Part shown: positions 29,120 through 38,011 of the stretch, piece after piece
How the letters are laid out: the number at the start of each line of letters is the position of its first letter
Position numbering within the stretch: position 1 is the first letter of the stretch
From: an uncultured Lentimicrobiaceae bacterium
GTDB taxonomy: Bacteria; Bacteroidota; Bacteroidia; Bacteroidales; SKPS01
Assembly: GCA_964469215.1 (NCBI GenBank)
Contig: CAYXYB010000008.1
Coordinates: 14,092-78,091, forward strand
Direction of reading: 5' to 3'
Length of the DNA: 64,000 nt
Notes under the pieces: model-generated
What the model was told of the DNA's origin: nothing
Databases searched by the model: none
Seen by the model: only the letters and a program-made list of their open reading frames with translations
Made by a program: the position numbers and the translations under genes

Positions 29120-29905
29120 ATGAAAGCAAAAGTTTACCTATTGGCAATCGGGCTGATGATGATTGCAGGAAAGAGTTCGGCCACAAGTGGGTTTATGCTC
29201 ACAAACCTCGAAGGTTCTCACATCTATGTGGTGTTCAGTGGCGATGTTTTCTATCCCGAAAGCTCCAGGTTTGAGCTCTTCGATGTTGCCCCAGGCCGTC
29301 ATTCACTGGAGGTGTACCGCTATAGCAGGGACTCAAGGGGATTCTATACCAGGAACGCTATGCTGGTATACCGCGGTGCGGTTACCCTTGGCAAGAGAGA
29401 GCGGGTTACCGGCCAACTGACTGCTGACGGACGCCTGGTCATCACCGGCAGAGTGCCCGTGAAGCCTTCAACCCCCGGCAAAGGTAAAAGTGGTTACAAC
29501 AGTCATGGCAACAGCGGTTACAATAGTCATGGCAAAAGCGGATACAGCAGTCGTGGCAACAGTGGTTACAACAGCCATGGCACAAGTGGCTATAGCCCGG
29601 ATTACAGCAGCAGTGCAATGTTTTCCGTACCGGAGTTCAACAGGCTGCTCATCACCCTGAGTGAGGCCTCCTTCGAACAGACCAGACTTCTGATTGCAAG
29701 AGAAGCCGTTGCATCAAGAGTTCTTACTGCTGAGCAGGTATATATGATAATGCTAAGGTTCAGCTTTGAATCAACAAAACTGGAATTCGCCAAATTTGCC
29801 TACAGCAGAACAATGGATAAATCATCCTACTTCATAGTACACCGCGCGTTCAGTTTCGACAGCAGCAAGAGAGAGCTAACCCGATATATATCCATGTATA
29901 GCTGA
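29120..29905 (+). CDS. Secreted DUF4476-like protein with an internal octapeptide repeat
   Basis: Signal peptide MKAKVYLLAIGLMMIAGKSSA from ATG 29120. C-terminal FNRLL..L....F...RL......A......T..Q....L..F.FES.KLEFAKFAY resembles DUF4476. Confidence 0.7.
   Translation: MKAKVYLLAIGLMMIAGKSSATSGFMLTNLEGSHIYVVFSGDVFYPESSRFELFDVAPGRHSLEVYRYSRDSRGFYTRNAMLVYRGAVTLGKRERVTGQLTADGRLVITGRVPVKPSTPGKGKSGYNSHGNSGYNSHGKSGYSSRGNSGYNSHGTSGYSPDYSSSAMFSVPEFNRLLITLSEASFEQTRLLIAREAVASRVLTAEQVYMIMLRFSFESTKLEFAKFAYSRTMDKSSYFIVHRAFSFDSSKRELTRYISMYS
29489..29608 (+). repeat. Five tandem 24-bp units encoding SGYNSHG(N/K)-type octapeptides
   Basis: AGTGGTTACAACAGTCATGGCAAC and four diverged copies, read directly from the sequence. 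Confidence 0.85.
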
Positions 29906-29933
29906 AGGTTTGGTTGAACAACGGGCATGGACA

Positions 29934-29967
29934 AAGGGCACCCTAAAAGGTGCCCTTCTTCGTTTTT
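29934..29967. terminator. Hairpin terminator between convergent genes
   Basis: Perfect 9-bp stem AAGGGCACC / GGTGCCCTT with a 6-nt loop, followed by CTTCGTTTTTATT. Confidence 0.75.
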
Positions 29968-29988
29968 ATTATATGCAGTTATTAATGG

Positions 29989-30705
29989 CTATTTCTTCAG
30001 AACCCTCTTCAAAACCTCAGCCTTGTCGAGTTTCTTTGTGCAGAAGAACCAGTCGTAACAATGCATTTCATCTTTCAACTCCATCCTCTCTTTGGCAACA
30101 CCACAACTGCCGGCGGTAGGTACAATCACGTCATCACCGGGCTGCCAGTCGGCCGGAGTTGCAATCGAAAAGGCATCGGCAGCCTGCAGAGCAATAACAG
30201 CCCTGTAGAGCTCTGCGAAATTACGCCCCATGCTCAGCGGGTAATATATTATGGTACGTATTATACCTTTGGGGTCAATGATGAATACCGCCCTTACAGC
30301 CTTGGTGTTGCTTTCTCCAGGCTGGATCATACCATACTTCTTCGATACCTCCATGGTGATATCCTCTATCAGGGGGAATTTAACCTCAATATTTTTCATC
30401 CCCTTGTATTCTATCTTCTCCTTGATGGTACGCAGCCATGCAATGTGGCTGTAAAGGCCATCAACAGATAATCCTACCAATTTGGTGTTTGCTTCTGCAA
30501 AACGATCCTCCATTGCTGCAAAGGTCATGAACTCAGAAGTGCAGACAGGGGTGAAATCTGCCGGATGGCTGAACAGAATAACCCAACTTCCGGTGTAATC
30601 AGAAGGGAAATTGATGTCGCCTTGTGTGGTTACCGCTTTAAATTCAGGTGCTTTTTCGCCGATACGTGGCATAGGAGAATAACCATTCTCTTGTGTTGGT
30701 TCCAT
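29989..30705 (-). CDS. Peroxiredoxin (1-Cys / Prx6-like)
   Basis: WVILFSHPADFTPVCTSEF peroxidatic-Cys motif; 238 aa. Confidence 0.9.
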   Translation of the reverse strand: MEPTQENGYSPMPRIGEKAPEFKAVTTQGDINFPSDYTGSWVILFSHPADFTPVCTSEFMTFAAMEDRFAEANTKLVGLSVDGLYSHIAWLRTIKEKIEYKGMKNIEVKFPLIEDITMEVSKKYGMIQPGESNTKAVRAVFIIDPKGIIRTIIYYPLSMGRNFAELYRAVIALQAADAFSIATPADWQPGDDVIVPTAGSCGVAKERMELKDEMHCYDWFFCTKKLDKAEVLKRVLKK

Positions 30706-30840
30706 AATTAATTGTTGTTTAAGTTGTTAATAAATATTCTTTATTTGAACTTTTGTTCTTTAAATCAGTTAACAAATCAATAACAAAAGTGTTCATCAGA
30801 TCCGAGAAAAATTCAACTCAATCAGGTTGTGGCTTTATTA

Positions 30841-30848
30841 TATTTTTG
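30841..30848 (+). promoter_or_regulatory. TATTTTTG box (TAnnTTTG) upstream of tex
   Basis: Exact motif match 24 bp upstream of ATG 30872. Motif only. Confidence 0.3.
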
Positions 30849-30871
30849 TTATCGGAAAAGAGAACTTCACA

Positions 30872-33015
30872 ATGAGAGAAGAATACAGCGGAATAATATC
30901 TATCAGGTTAGGATTGAAGGAGCAGCATGTTGCAAGTGTTCTTAAGCTTTTTGCCGATGGGGGCACGGTTCCGTTTATTGCCCGTTATCGTAAGGAGATG
31001 ACTGGGTCAATGGATGAGGAGCAGATCATCGCTGTTAGGGATCTGGCAGAACGGCTTGATGAGCTTGACAAGCGCAAGGTGGTGGTGATTCGTTCAATCG
31101 AGGAACAGGGTAAGATGACAGATGGATTACTCGATGCCATAGATGCCAGCAGCAGCATGAGCGAGCTTGAGGATCTCTATCTTCCTTACAGGCCAAAGAG
31201 ACGGACGAGAGCGGACATAGCCAGGAGCCGCGGATTGCTGACGCTTGCAAAGTTGCTGATGGAGCAGGGTCTTGTCGATCTTGGTAAGGAGAGCAGTATT
31301 TATATCAATCCGGAAAAAGATGTGCACACTGTTGAGGAATCTTTGTCAGGGGCAAGGGATATTATTGCCGAGTGGGTTAACGAAAACAAGGTTTGCAGAA
31401 CTAGGGTGCGGCGTTTGTTTGAAGAGAGTGCCACTATACGATCCAGGGTTGCGAAGGGCAAGGAGGTTGATGGGGACAAGTACAAGGACTATTTCAACTG
31501 GGACGAACCACTCAGTGGTGTTCCCTCACATCGTTATCTTGCCATCATGCGCGGGGAGGAGGAGGGGTTCCTGAAAGTGGAGATCAGGCCTTCCTCTGAG
31601 AGTGCTATAAGGATTCTGGAAGGTGTATTTATGAAGAGTGATTATGACACCGGCCATCAGGTTGCCATTGCTGTTGAGGATGCCTGGAAGAGGCTTATGG
31701 CACCTTCACTGGAAACCGAAGCGCGGGCTGTGGCCAAAACCAGGGCTGACCTTAAGGCAATTGCAGTCTTTGCTGACAACTTGAGGCAGCTTCTCATGGC
31801 CTCACCGTTAGGCGAAAAGAGTGTTCTTGCCATCGACCCCGGCTTTCGTACAGGCTGCAAAATTGTTTGTCTGGATAAAACCGGCAGGCTTCTTCACAAC
31901 ACAACCATTTATCCCCATCCCCCGCAAAAGGAGGCTATGCCTGCCATGAAGAGGATACAGACTTTGGTTACCCAGTACAAAATTGAAGCAATTGCTGTCG
32001 GAAACGGCACCGCAGGAAGGGAGACCGAAGCAATGGTGCAGAAGATCCGTTTCGACAGGGAGGTGATAATGGTAATGGTAAATGAAAGTGGTGCTTCAGT
32101 ATACTCTGCATCAAAGGTTGCCCGTGAGGAGTTTCCTGATTATGATATCACTGTCAGAGGTGCCGTGTCGATAGGAAGGCGTCTTCAGGATCCATTGGCA
32201 GAGCTGGTGAAAATAGACCCCAAATCGATTGGTGTGGCCAGTATCAGCATGATGTTGACCAGAAAGCCCTTGGCCGGTCGCTCGATGATACTGTTGTGAG
32301 CTGTGTAAACCAGGTTGGTGTTGATGTTAACACTGCCAGCAGAGAGTTGCTTGCTTATGTTTCAGGCGTGGGTGCTTTGCTGGCCACAAACATTATTAAG
32401 CACCGCAAAGAGAAAGGGCCGTTCAGGTCGCGTAATGAACTCAGGGAAGTGCCGCGACTGGGCCCCATGGCTTTTGAACAGGCCGCAGGATTCCTCAGGA
32501 TTCGCAATGGCACAAACCCCATCGACAACACCGCAGTGCATCCCGAATCATATAAGGTGGTTGAAAAAATGGCCGCCCATCTTAATCTTTCAATTGAAGA
32601 ACTCATCAGGAACACCGAAGCCCGTAAAACACTCAATCCTGCACTGTTTACTGATGCCCGCGTCGGGTTCCCTACAATAAACGATATCCTCAGGGAGCTT
32701 GATAAACCCGGAAGGGATCCCAGAACAGCCTTTGAGGTTTTTGAATTCGACAAGAATGTTCAGAAGATAACCGATCTGCAGCCGGGAATGGAATTAAATG
32801 GTGTGGTTACGAACATCACTGCTTTCGGCGCTTTTGTGGATATTGGCGTGCATCAGGACGGACTGGTGCATATCAGCCAGATTGCAGATGAATTTGTGAG
32901 CGACATCAATGCCTATATTTCTCTGAACCAAAAGGTAAGAGTAAAGGTGCTTCAGGTTGAACCCGACAGAAAACGGATACAGCTTACTCTGAGAGGAGTG
33001 AAGGCTTATGTGTGA
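30872..33015 (+). pseudogene. tex: Tex/YhgF transcription accessory protein (S1 RNA-binding), split by a 1-nt frameshift near 32234-32237
   Basis: ORFs 30827..32299 and 32296..33015 together form one Tex. The first frame reads ...AELVKIDPKSIGV and then garbage. The second frame, open from at least 32158, reads GQYQHDVDQKALGRSLDDTVVSCVNQVGVDVNTAS. HhH and S1 domains (GVVTNITAFGAFVDIG) are in the second ORF. Confidence 0.85.
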
Positions 33016-33098
33016 TAAATGCCCGGATCCCTTTTGGCTATATTACTGCATGATATAATGAATGGTTATTATACAAGTGAACCTGGTTAATTTTTCCT

Positions 33099-33106
33099 TA
33101 TTTTTG
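33099..33106 (+). promoter_or_regulatory. TATTTTTG box (TAnnTTTG) upstream of the OMP gene
   Basis: Exact motif match 15 bp upstream of ATG 33121. Motif only. Confidence 0.3.
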
Positions 33107-33120
33107 ACCGGGCAAATATC

Positions 33121-33774
33121 ATGAAGATGTTGAGAATACTGGTTCTTGTAGTGGTAGTTTTGTTGTTTCTGACTGATGAGGCTGAAGCTCAGAGGTTCAG
33201 GGGAGGTTTTACCCTGGGACTTAATGTATCACAGGTTGATGGTGATGAGATTTACGGGTTCAGGAAATATGGCTTCCATGGAGGTGCCGTTGGCACTGTA
33301 CCCCTGAAGAAAAACTTACTTTTCACTCTAGAAACACTATATTCACGTAAGGGGGCTTTCCAGCCAAAATCAACACTATATTACAGGCAATATCGCATTG
33401 AACTGGATTATGTTGAGGTGCCCTTTATCTTACAGTATAACGACAAGGATATCTTTACAATAGGAGCAGGTTTTGCTTTTGGGCGCCTGGTTGAGGTTAA
33501 AGAGTGGGAAAAGGGAGAAAGAACTTCAACAAATCTTTATGGAGAAAATTCACATTATAGCCGCAACGATTTATTGGTGCTGATAGATCTTAAATTCAGG
33601 ATTATAAAAAGGTTTAGTATGAATGTCAGGTACCAGTATTCGATAATTCCTGTAAGGACTGCAGTTTTTACCGATGATTTTCAACAGAAGAAATGGGAGA
33701 GACGGCAATATAATAATATTCTAACTTTCAGGGTTGCTTACATGTTCAATGAGCCACTGCCTGAGAAGGATTAG
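33121..33774 (+). CDS. Small outer-membrane beta-barrel (porin-family) protein
   Basis: Signal peptide, alternating-hydrophobic strands, and aromatic residues near the C-terminus (TFRVAYMF); 217 aa. Confidence 0.65.
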   Translation: MKMLRILVLVVVVLLFLTDEAEAQRFRGGFTLGLNVSQVDGDEIYGFRKYGFHGGAVGTVPLKKNLLFTLETLYSRKGAFQPKSTLYYRQYRIELDYVEVPFILQYNDKDIFTIGAGFAFGRLVEVKEWEKGERTSTNLYGENSHYSRNDLLVLIDLKFRIIKRFSMNVRYQYSIIPVRTAVFTDDFQQKKWERRQYNNILTFRVAYMFNEPLPEKD

Positions 33775-34570
33775 TTGGTTTGTGGAATTTCCGGATTTCA
33801 GATACAAATTTTTCGGCAAGAGGTTTCGACATCGGGCTGTCTGAGGCAAGCCTTTCAGGATGCCATTGCACAGCCATCATAAAGTGCTTGCCGGCAGTAT
33901 TGGAATTTTCGATTGCTTCGATAAGGGTATCGGGGCTGAAAGCAGTAGGTTTAAGCGAGGGAGCCAGCCTGTCAATGCCCTGATGGTGAAATGAGTTAAC
34001 CTGGTGCTTTGCAACACCTGTTGCGGTTATTAATAGAGAGTTTTCTGCAAGTTCCACATCGTGAAAACAGTCGAAAGTCCTCTCCTCAGAGCGATGCTTA
34101 ACACTTGTGCTGAATCTTTCGGGGATATCGGGATACAGAGAACCTCCTTTAAAAACATTTATCACTTGTAATCCCCGGCAGATGCCGAAAACAGGCATCC
34201 CTAGCTCATAGGCCTTCCGTAGTACCGCCATTTCAACAGTATCACGGTAAAAATCAATTTCGCATAAAACTGTATCCTCAGCTTGCCCGTAATATGCAGG
34301 GTGAACATCTGCACCACCACTCATAAGCAGGCCACTGCATTTTTCAAGTAACAGAAGTGCAGAATCAATTGGGGTATGGTACATGTCAACAAGCACAATA
34401 GATGGGTCAATCCTCTGGAGCCAATCTCTATATGTGTGATAATTTGCCGTGTCGCGGTATTTGGATATGGCAACGTAAACAGACCTATCCTTTTCAGTCT
34501 GACATGTCCATAACGCCAGGCCTGTAATTACAAGAATGACGGAAACAAGTTTCAGTAGTATCTTATTCAT
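33746..34570 (-). CDS. Class-I glutamine amidotransferase / gamma-glutamyl hydrolase family (peptidase C26) lipoprotein
   Basis: GICRGLQ nucleophile elbow, HHQ and WHPE motifs. ATG 34570 gives a signal or lipoprotein leader. Confidence 0.8.
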   Translation of the reverse strand: MNKILLKLVSVILVITGLALWTCQTEKDRSVYVAISKYRDTANYHTYRDWLQRIDPSIVLVDMYHTPIDSALLLLEKCSGLLMSGGADVHPAYYGQAEDTVLCEIDFYRDTVEMAVLRKAYELGMPVFGICRGLQVINVFKGGSLYPDIPERFSTSVKHRSEERTFDCFHDVELAENSLLITATGVAKHQVNSFHHQGIDRLAPSLKPTAFSPDTLIEAIENSNTAGKHFMMAVQWHPERLASDSPMSKPLAEKFVSEIRKFHKPTNPSQAVAH

Positions 34571-34950
34571 AACAGCAAATATGTGGTTGCAAAAATACAA
34601 AACTTTAAAAGCCGAAACACGATTTTCCTGTTTCTCACGCAGATCACAGGTTTTTTGCATTGAGTGTTTATGATGACAAAGGACAGGCGATAATTTATTT
34701 AAGGGATTATATCAGGATTACTCTTCCGGTTACCGGTTCATAAGGAGTACTTTGAGGTAAAGTAAATATTGAGGATGTTGATTTATTTTTTGATAGCTTC
34801 CTGCGATTTTAAATCTGTGATGATACAAATTATCAATGTAAGTAATGCAAATTTTTTTTCCTTTTTTTTAATCTCAGGCATATATAGTAACAATCGATGC
34901 AATCTTTATTGAATGTATCCTTTGATGTTGAATAACTAACCTTAAAAAAA

Positions 34951-35679
34951 ATGGAACAGGAATTCGAATGGAACAATTCTGATGAGCCGGTTGATTGCGA
35001 TAACACTTTAATTATTGGTTGTCAGGTAGATCTCAATGCTCATCTCGATTATCTCAGGTTGGCACATGACCATGAAACACGCGATTATTCGGATGAGGAG
35101 GTTTTTCAGATGGGAACCAGGATAATTGATGAGGAGTTTGATGAAACCGAGAGGAAAAGGATGATGGGAATTCTGGCTCATCTTGGAACTCCGATGGCTT
35201 ACAGGCAGTTGGAGAAATATCATAATGTTGCACGGGGTGATATGAAATTCTGGGTAGAGATGGCTATGATGGAGTGCAGGATGTTTCTTGAAGCGGATAT
35301 GAAAAATAAGGATGTGTTTCTGGTGGCAGGGGGTCTTGGCGGGGATAATAAAAGGTTAAGGTATTATATTTTACTTCTCCCTGCCAAAGAGCCCCGCTTT
35401 AGTGAAAGAATCAGGAAAATGATTGAAGGTGAAGCTGTTTTTGTTGCGAAAAGGCGCAACTGTATTGTAGAAGAGGTTAAGCATCATCCTGACTATACTG
35501 CAATTACTGTCATGATACCACTAGATGTTGCCCTTGATGATTTTGTGGGTGATGTTGCAGCACAATGCAATCCTGTAGGGTGTAACATAAGGGATGAATA
35601 TTTCGCAACCAATTCACATTATCCGGATGAAGCTGAATTGCAGGAAATTTTTGCCATGATGAACAGTGACCAGGATTAA
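34951..35679 (+). CDS. Hypothetical cytoplasmic protein
   Basis: 242-aa ORF, acidic, with no motif I recognise. Confidence 0.55.
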   Translation: MEQEFEWNNSDEPVDCDNTLIIGCQVDLNAHLDYLRLAHDHETRDYSDEEVFQMGTRIIDEEFDETERKRMMGILAHLGTPMAYRQLEKYHNVARGDMKFWVEMAMMECRMFLEADMKNKDVFLVAGGLGGDNKRLRYYILLLPAKEPRFSERIRKMIEGEAVFVAKRRNCIVEEVKHHPDYTAITVMIPLDVALDDFVGDVAAQCNPVGCNIRDEYFATNSHYPDEAELQEIFAMMNSDQD

Positions 35680-35681
35680 GA

Positions 35682-36392
35682 TCAGGCAAACAGATAGAAA
35701 TCCCGGGTAAGATTAAGGTAGTCTGCTGTGAACGAATTGTCAACGTCGGTAATTACCAGCCCACTCTCCTTTATATTTACCGTCCTGAAGCGATTGAACC
35801 TTGCGAGTGACCTTACGGCCGATTTGCCAGGTTGGTGGTGGACATTAACAATATCTGACATAAAAAGGCCTTCAGCGGCAGCAATGTTTCGGAATGTCGC
35901 AATTAGTTCAGCAGGTATTATTACACATAGGCTTCCTTCACCGGATAAAAGTGATGAAGCACATGATGATAGTGACTTAATATTCAATGCAGCATCATGA
36001 CGGGCAAGATTCCGTGAATTATCTTTGCCTTTCAGGGAGTTTCGAAAGTAGGGTGGATTGCACACGATAAGCTCAAAAATGGATTTACTCCTTTTGGCAA
36101 AGCTTTCTGCATCACTGCAAATTATTTCATGGCCTATTTTCAGGGGGAATTGCCGGAAATTCTCAGCAGCCTGAAGTGCAGCTCCCTGATCAATGTCAAG
36201 AGCGGTAATTTTAAGAGCCGGGTTACGTTGAGCTATCATTAGGCTGATAATCCCTGACCCACAACCAATATCAAGTACGGACCCTTTAACCGGAAGGGGT
36301 GCCCAGGCACCAAGAAGCACAGCATCGGTGCCGGTTTTCATTGCGCACCCGGTGTCATCAACAGAAAACTTTTTAAACCTGAAAACACCCAT
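35682..36392 (-). CDS. tRNA1(Val) (adenine37-N6)-methyltransferase-like SAM methyltransferase
   Basis: FKKFSV..........GTDAVLLGAW N-terminus, DIGCGSG, and NPPYF catalytic motif. Confidence 0.8.
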   Translation of the reverse strand: MGVFRFKKFSVDDTGCAMKTGTDAVLLGAWAPLPVKGSVLDIGCGSGIISLMIAQRNPALKITALDIDQGAALQAAENFRQFPLKIGHEIICSDAESFAKRSKSIFELIVCNPPYFRNSLKGKDNSRNLARHDAALNIKSLSSCASSLLSGEGSLCVIIPAELIATFRNIAAAEGLFMSDIVNVHHQPGKSAVRSLARFNRFRTVNIKESGLVITDVDNSFTADYLNLTRDFYLFA

Positions 36393-36410
36393 TTCGCATT
36401 CGTAGTAAAG

Positions 36411-36932
36411 CTAAAGGGTTGTCAGCCCTTCAGGGGTTTCAACAATTATCTGCCGGTTTTTGTGATCCGTTTTCTTAATGATCTGAGGGATGAAAGGTAT
36501 TAATATTTCCCTGTGCTCATTATCAACAAGGAGAAGTGGCTGCATCTCACGATCCAATAGCCTGACAGCAATCCCAAGTTCGCCCAGGTTTACGTCTTTA
36601 ACCACATATCCATGCAAACGATCTGAACCGGTATGAAGAGAAAAAAAACGGGAACCTTCTCCGGCATGATTTACCCATACACAACACCCGATAATTCTTT
36701 CAAGTAAGACAACTGAAAGGTCTGAAAAGCGTACTATTCGACCGTTATTGCCATGTTTCCTTTCCGCTGTAACATTGAACGGAATCAGTTGTTTGTCAAT
36801 ATCAATAAAAACCGATCCCGTCAGTTTGAATTTGCCCGAAGTGTTGTTGCCTGGCAAAATTAAAACTTCATTGTTGAATCCCCATTTCCTGGTGATTCTT
36901 CCAATCAGGACACAATCATCAAAGGAGATCAT
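36411..36932 (-). CDS. rimM: 16S rRNA processing protein RimM
   Basis: Position downstream of rpsP, PRC-barrel-like C-terminus ...ILIPFIPQIIKKTD...IIVETPEGL. Ends at TAG. Confidence 0.8.
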   Translation of the reverse strand: MISFDDCVLIGRITRKWGFNNEVLILPGNNTSGKFKLTGSVFIDIDKQLIPFNVTAERKHGNNGRIVRFSDLSVVLLERIIGCCVWVNHAGEGSRFFSLHTGSDRLHGYVVKDVNLGELGIAVRLLDREMQPLLLVDNEHREILIPFIPQIIKKTDHKNRQIIVETPEGLTTL

Positions 36933-36979
36933 GTTCTCATTATGGCTGGTTGGGTATATATTTTAGACACAAGGAGATA

Positions 36980-37693
36980 TTATTCAGCCTTCTCCTCTTC
37001 TTCCTTATCTAAAGCAGTTGATTCTTCTGAAGATGAATCTGTCTTTTCAGTTTCAGCCTCAGCCTCAACCTCAGCTTCAACCTCAACCTCAACCTCAACC
37101 TCAACCTCAGCATCAAGCTCAACCTCAGCCTCAACCTCAGCCTCAACCTCAACCTCAGCCTCAACCTCAGCCTCAACCTCAACCTCAACCTCAACCTCAA
37201 CCTCAACATCAGCCTGTTTTTCGGCTGCGAATTTCGCTGCGCGTTTGACAGCAACTCTGGCTGCAATTTCTTCGTTAACCTTTATCTCCTGTTCAAAGGC
37301 TTTTTTCTTGCCGGCTTTCTTTTCCAGCTCGTGTTGTTTGGCTGCACTTAATATAGATTCCTCCTTTTTGGCTTTCCAGTCAAGGAATTTTTCTTCTGCC
37401 TGCTCAGCAGTCAGTGCTCCCTTACCAACACCTTTCAACAGATGGTTCTTGTAAAGGATTCCCTTGTATGAAAGTATAGCGCGTGCAGTATCGGTTGGCT
37501 GAGCACCTTTCTGGAGCCACTGCAGTGCTCTTTCGAAATCAATCTCTATGACTGCCGGTTTGACAAGAGGATTGTAAGTGCCAATCTTTTCAATAAACCT
37601 TCCATCACGTGGTGCACGACCATCCGCAATAATAATGTGGTAAAAGGGTTGTCCCTTTTTCCCTTTTCTCTGTAATCTGATTTTTGTTGGCAT
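36980..37693 (-). CDS. rpsP: 30S ribosomal protein S16 with a long acidic repetitive C-terminal extension
   Basis: [42 protein letters not shown] core. The C-terminal roughly 150 aa include (EV/EA)n. Confidence 0.92.
   Translation of the reverse strand: MPTKIRLQRKGKKGQPFYHIIIADGRAPRDGRFIEKIGTYNPLVKPAVIEIDFERALQWLQKGAQPTDTARAILSYKGILYKNHLLKGVGKGALTAEQAEEKFLDWKAKKEESILSAAKQHELEKKAGKKKAFEQEIKVNEEIAARVAVKRAAKFAAEKQADVEVEVEVEVEVEAEVEAEVEVEAEVEAEVELDAEVEVEVEVEVEAEVEAEAETEKTDSSSEESTALDKEEEEKAE
37052..37214. repeat. Hexanucleotide microsatellite (CCTCAA/CCTCAG)n inside rpsP
   Basis: About 27 consecutive 6-nt units read directly from the sequence. They encode [16 protein letters not shown]... on the minus strand. 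Confidence 0.95.
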
Positions 37694-38011
37694 ACCTGAT
37701 AAATTTGTTTGGTAATAATTCTCCCATTTAATGGGGGTGCAAATATCATCTTTTTTTTCGAATAAATAGCAACATTATCAGAAATGATTCAGAATCCTTT
37801 TCCTTTATCTTTTGCAGGAAGTCCGAAAACTGATTTCTTTGGTTTTATGTGCTGTTATTTATAATTTTGTAAAATCTCAATGAATATTTGATTCATGAGT
37901 CATTAATAATTAGCTCAATCAGCAATTAACTTTTTGCATCATTGAAAAAATGTTTACCTTGTACCCCCAAAAATTAAAGAAACGATTTCAAAAATAACAT
38001 ATCTTATTAGT

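Noticed and set aside
32228-32245. Programmed -1 ribosomal frameshift in tex
   Set aside because: There is no X XXY YYZ slippery site. The lesion is exactly a GGG to GG contraction relative to the conserved GVGQYQ coding sequence. An indel or consensus error is the simpler explanation.
34581-34673. 30-codon ORF (MWLQKYKTLKAETRF...) in the 380-bp AT-rich spacer
   Set aside because: It has no coupling, no motif, and no start context. It lies in a divergent promoter region and is indistinguishable from chance.
37052-37214. Regularly spaced short repeats that might be mistaken for a CRISPR-like array
   Set aside because: The unit is 6 nt with no spacers, and the tract is entirely inside the rpsP coding frame.
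36942-37454. Three listed ORFs across the rpsP repeat encoding (ST/SA)n, (LR)n and (PQ)n
   Set aside because: They are artefacts of the hexanucleotide repeat, which lacks stop codons in these frames. Only the minus-strand frame continues from a bona fide S16 core.
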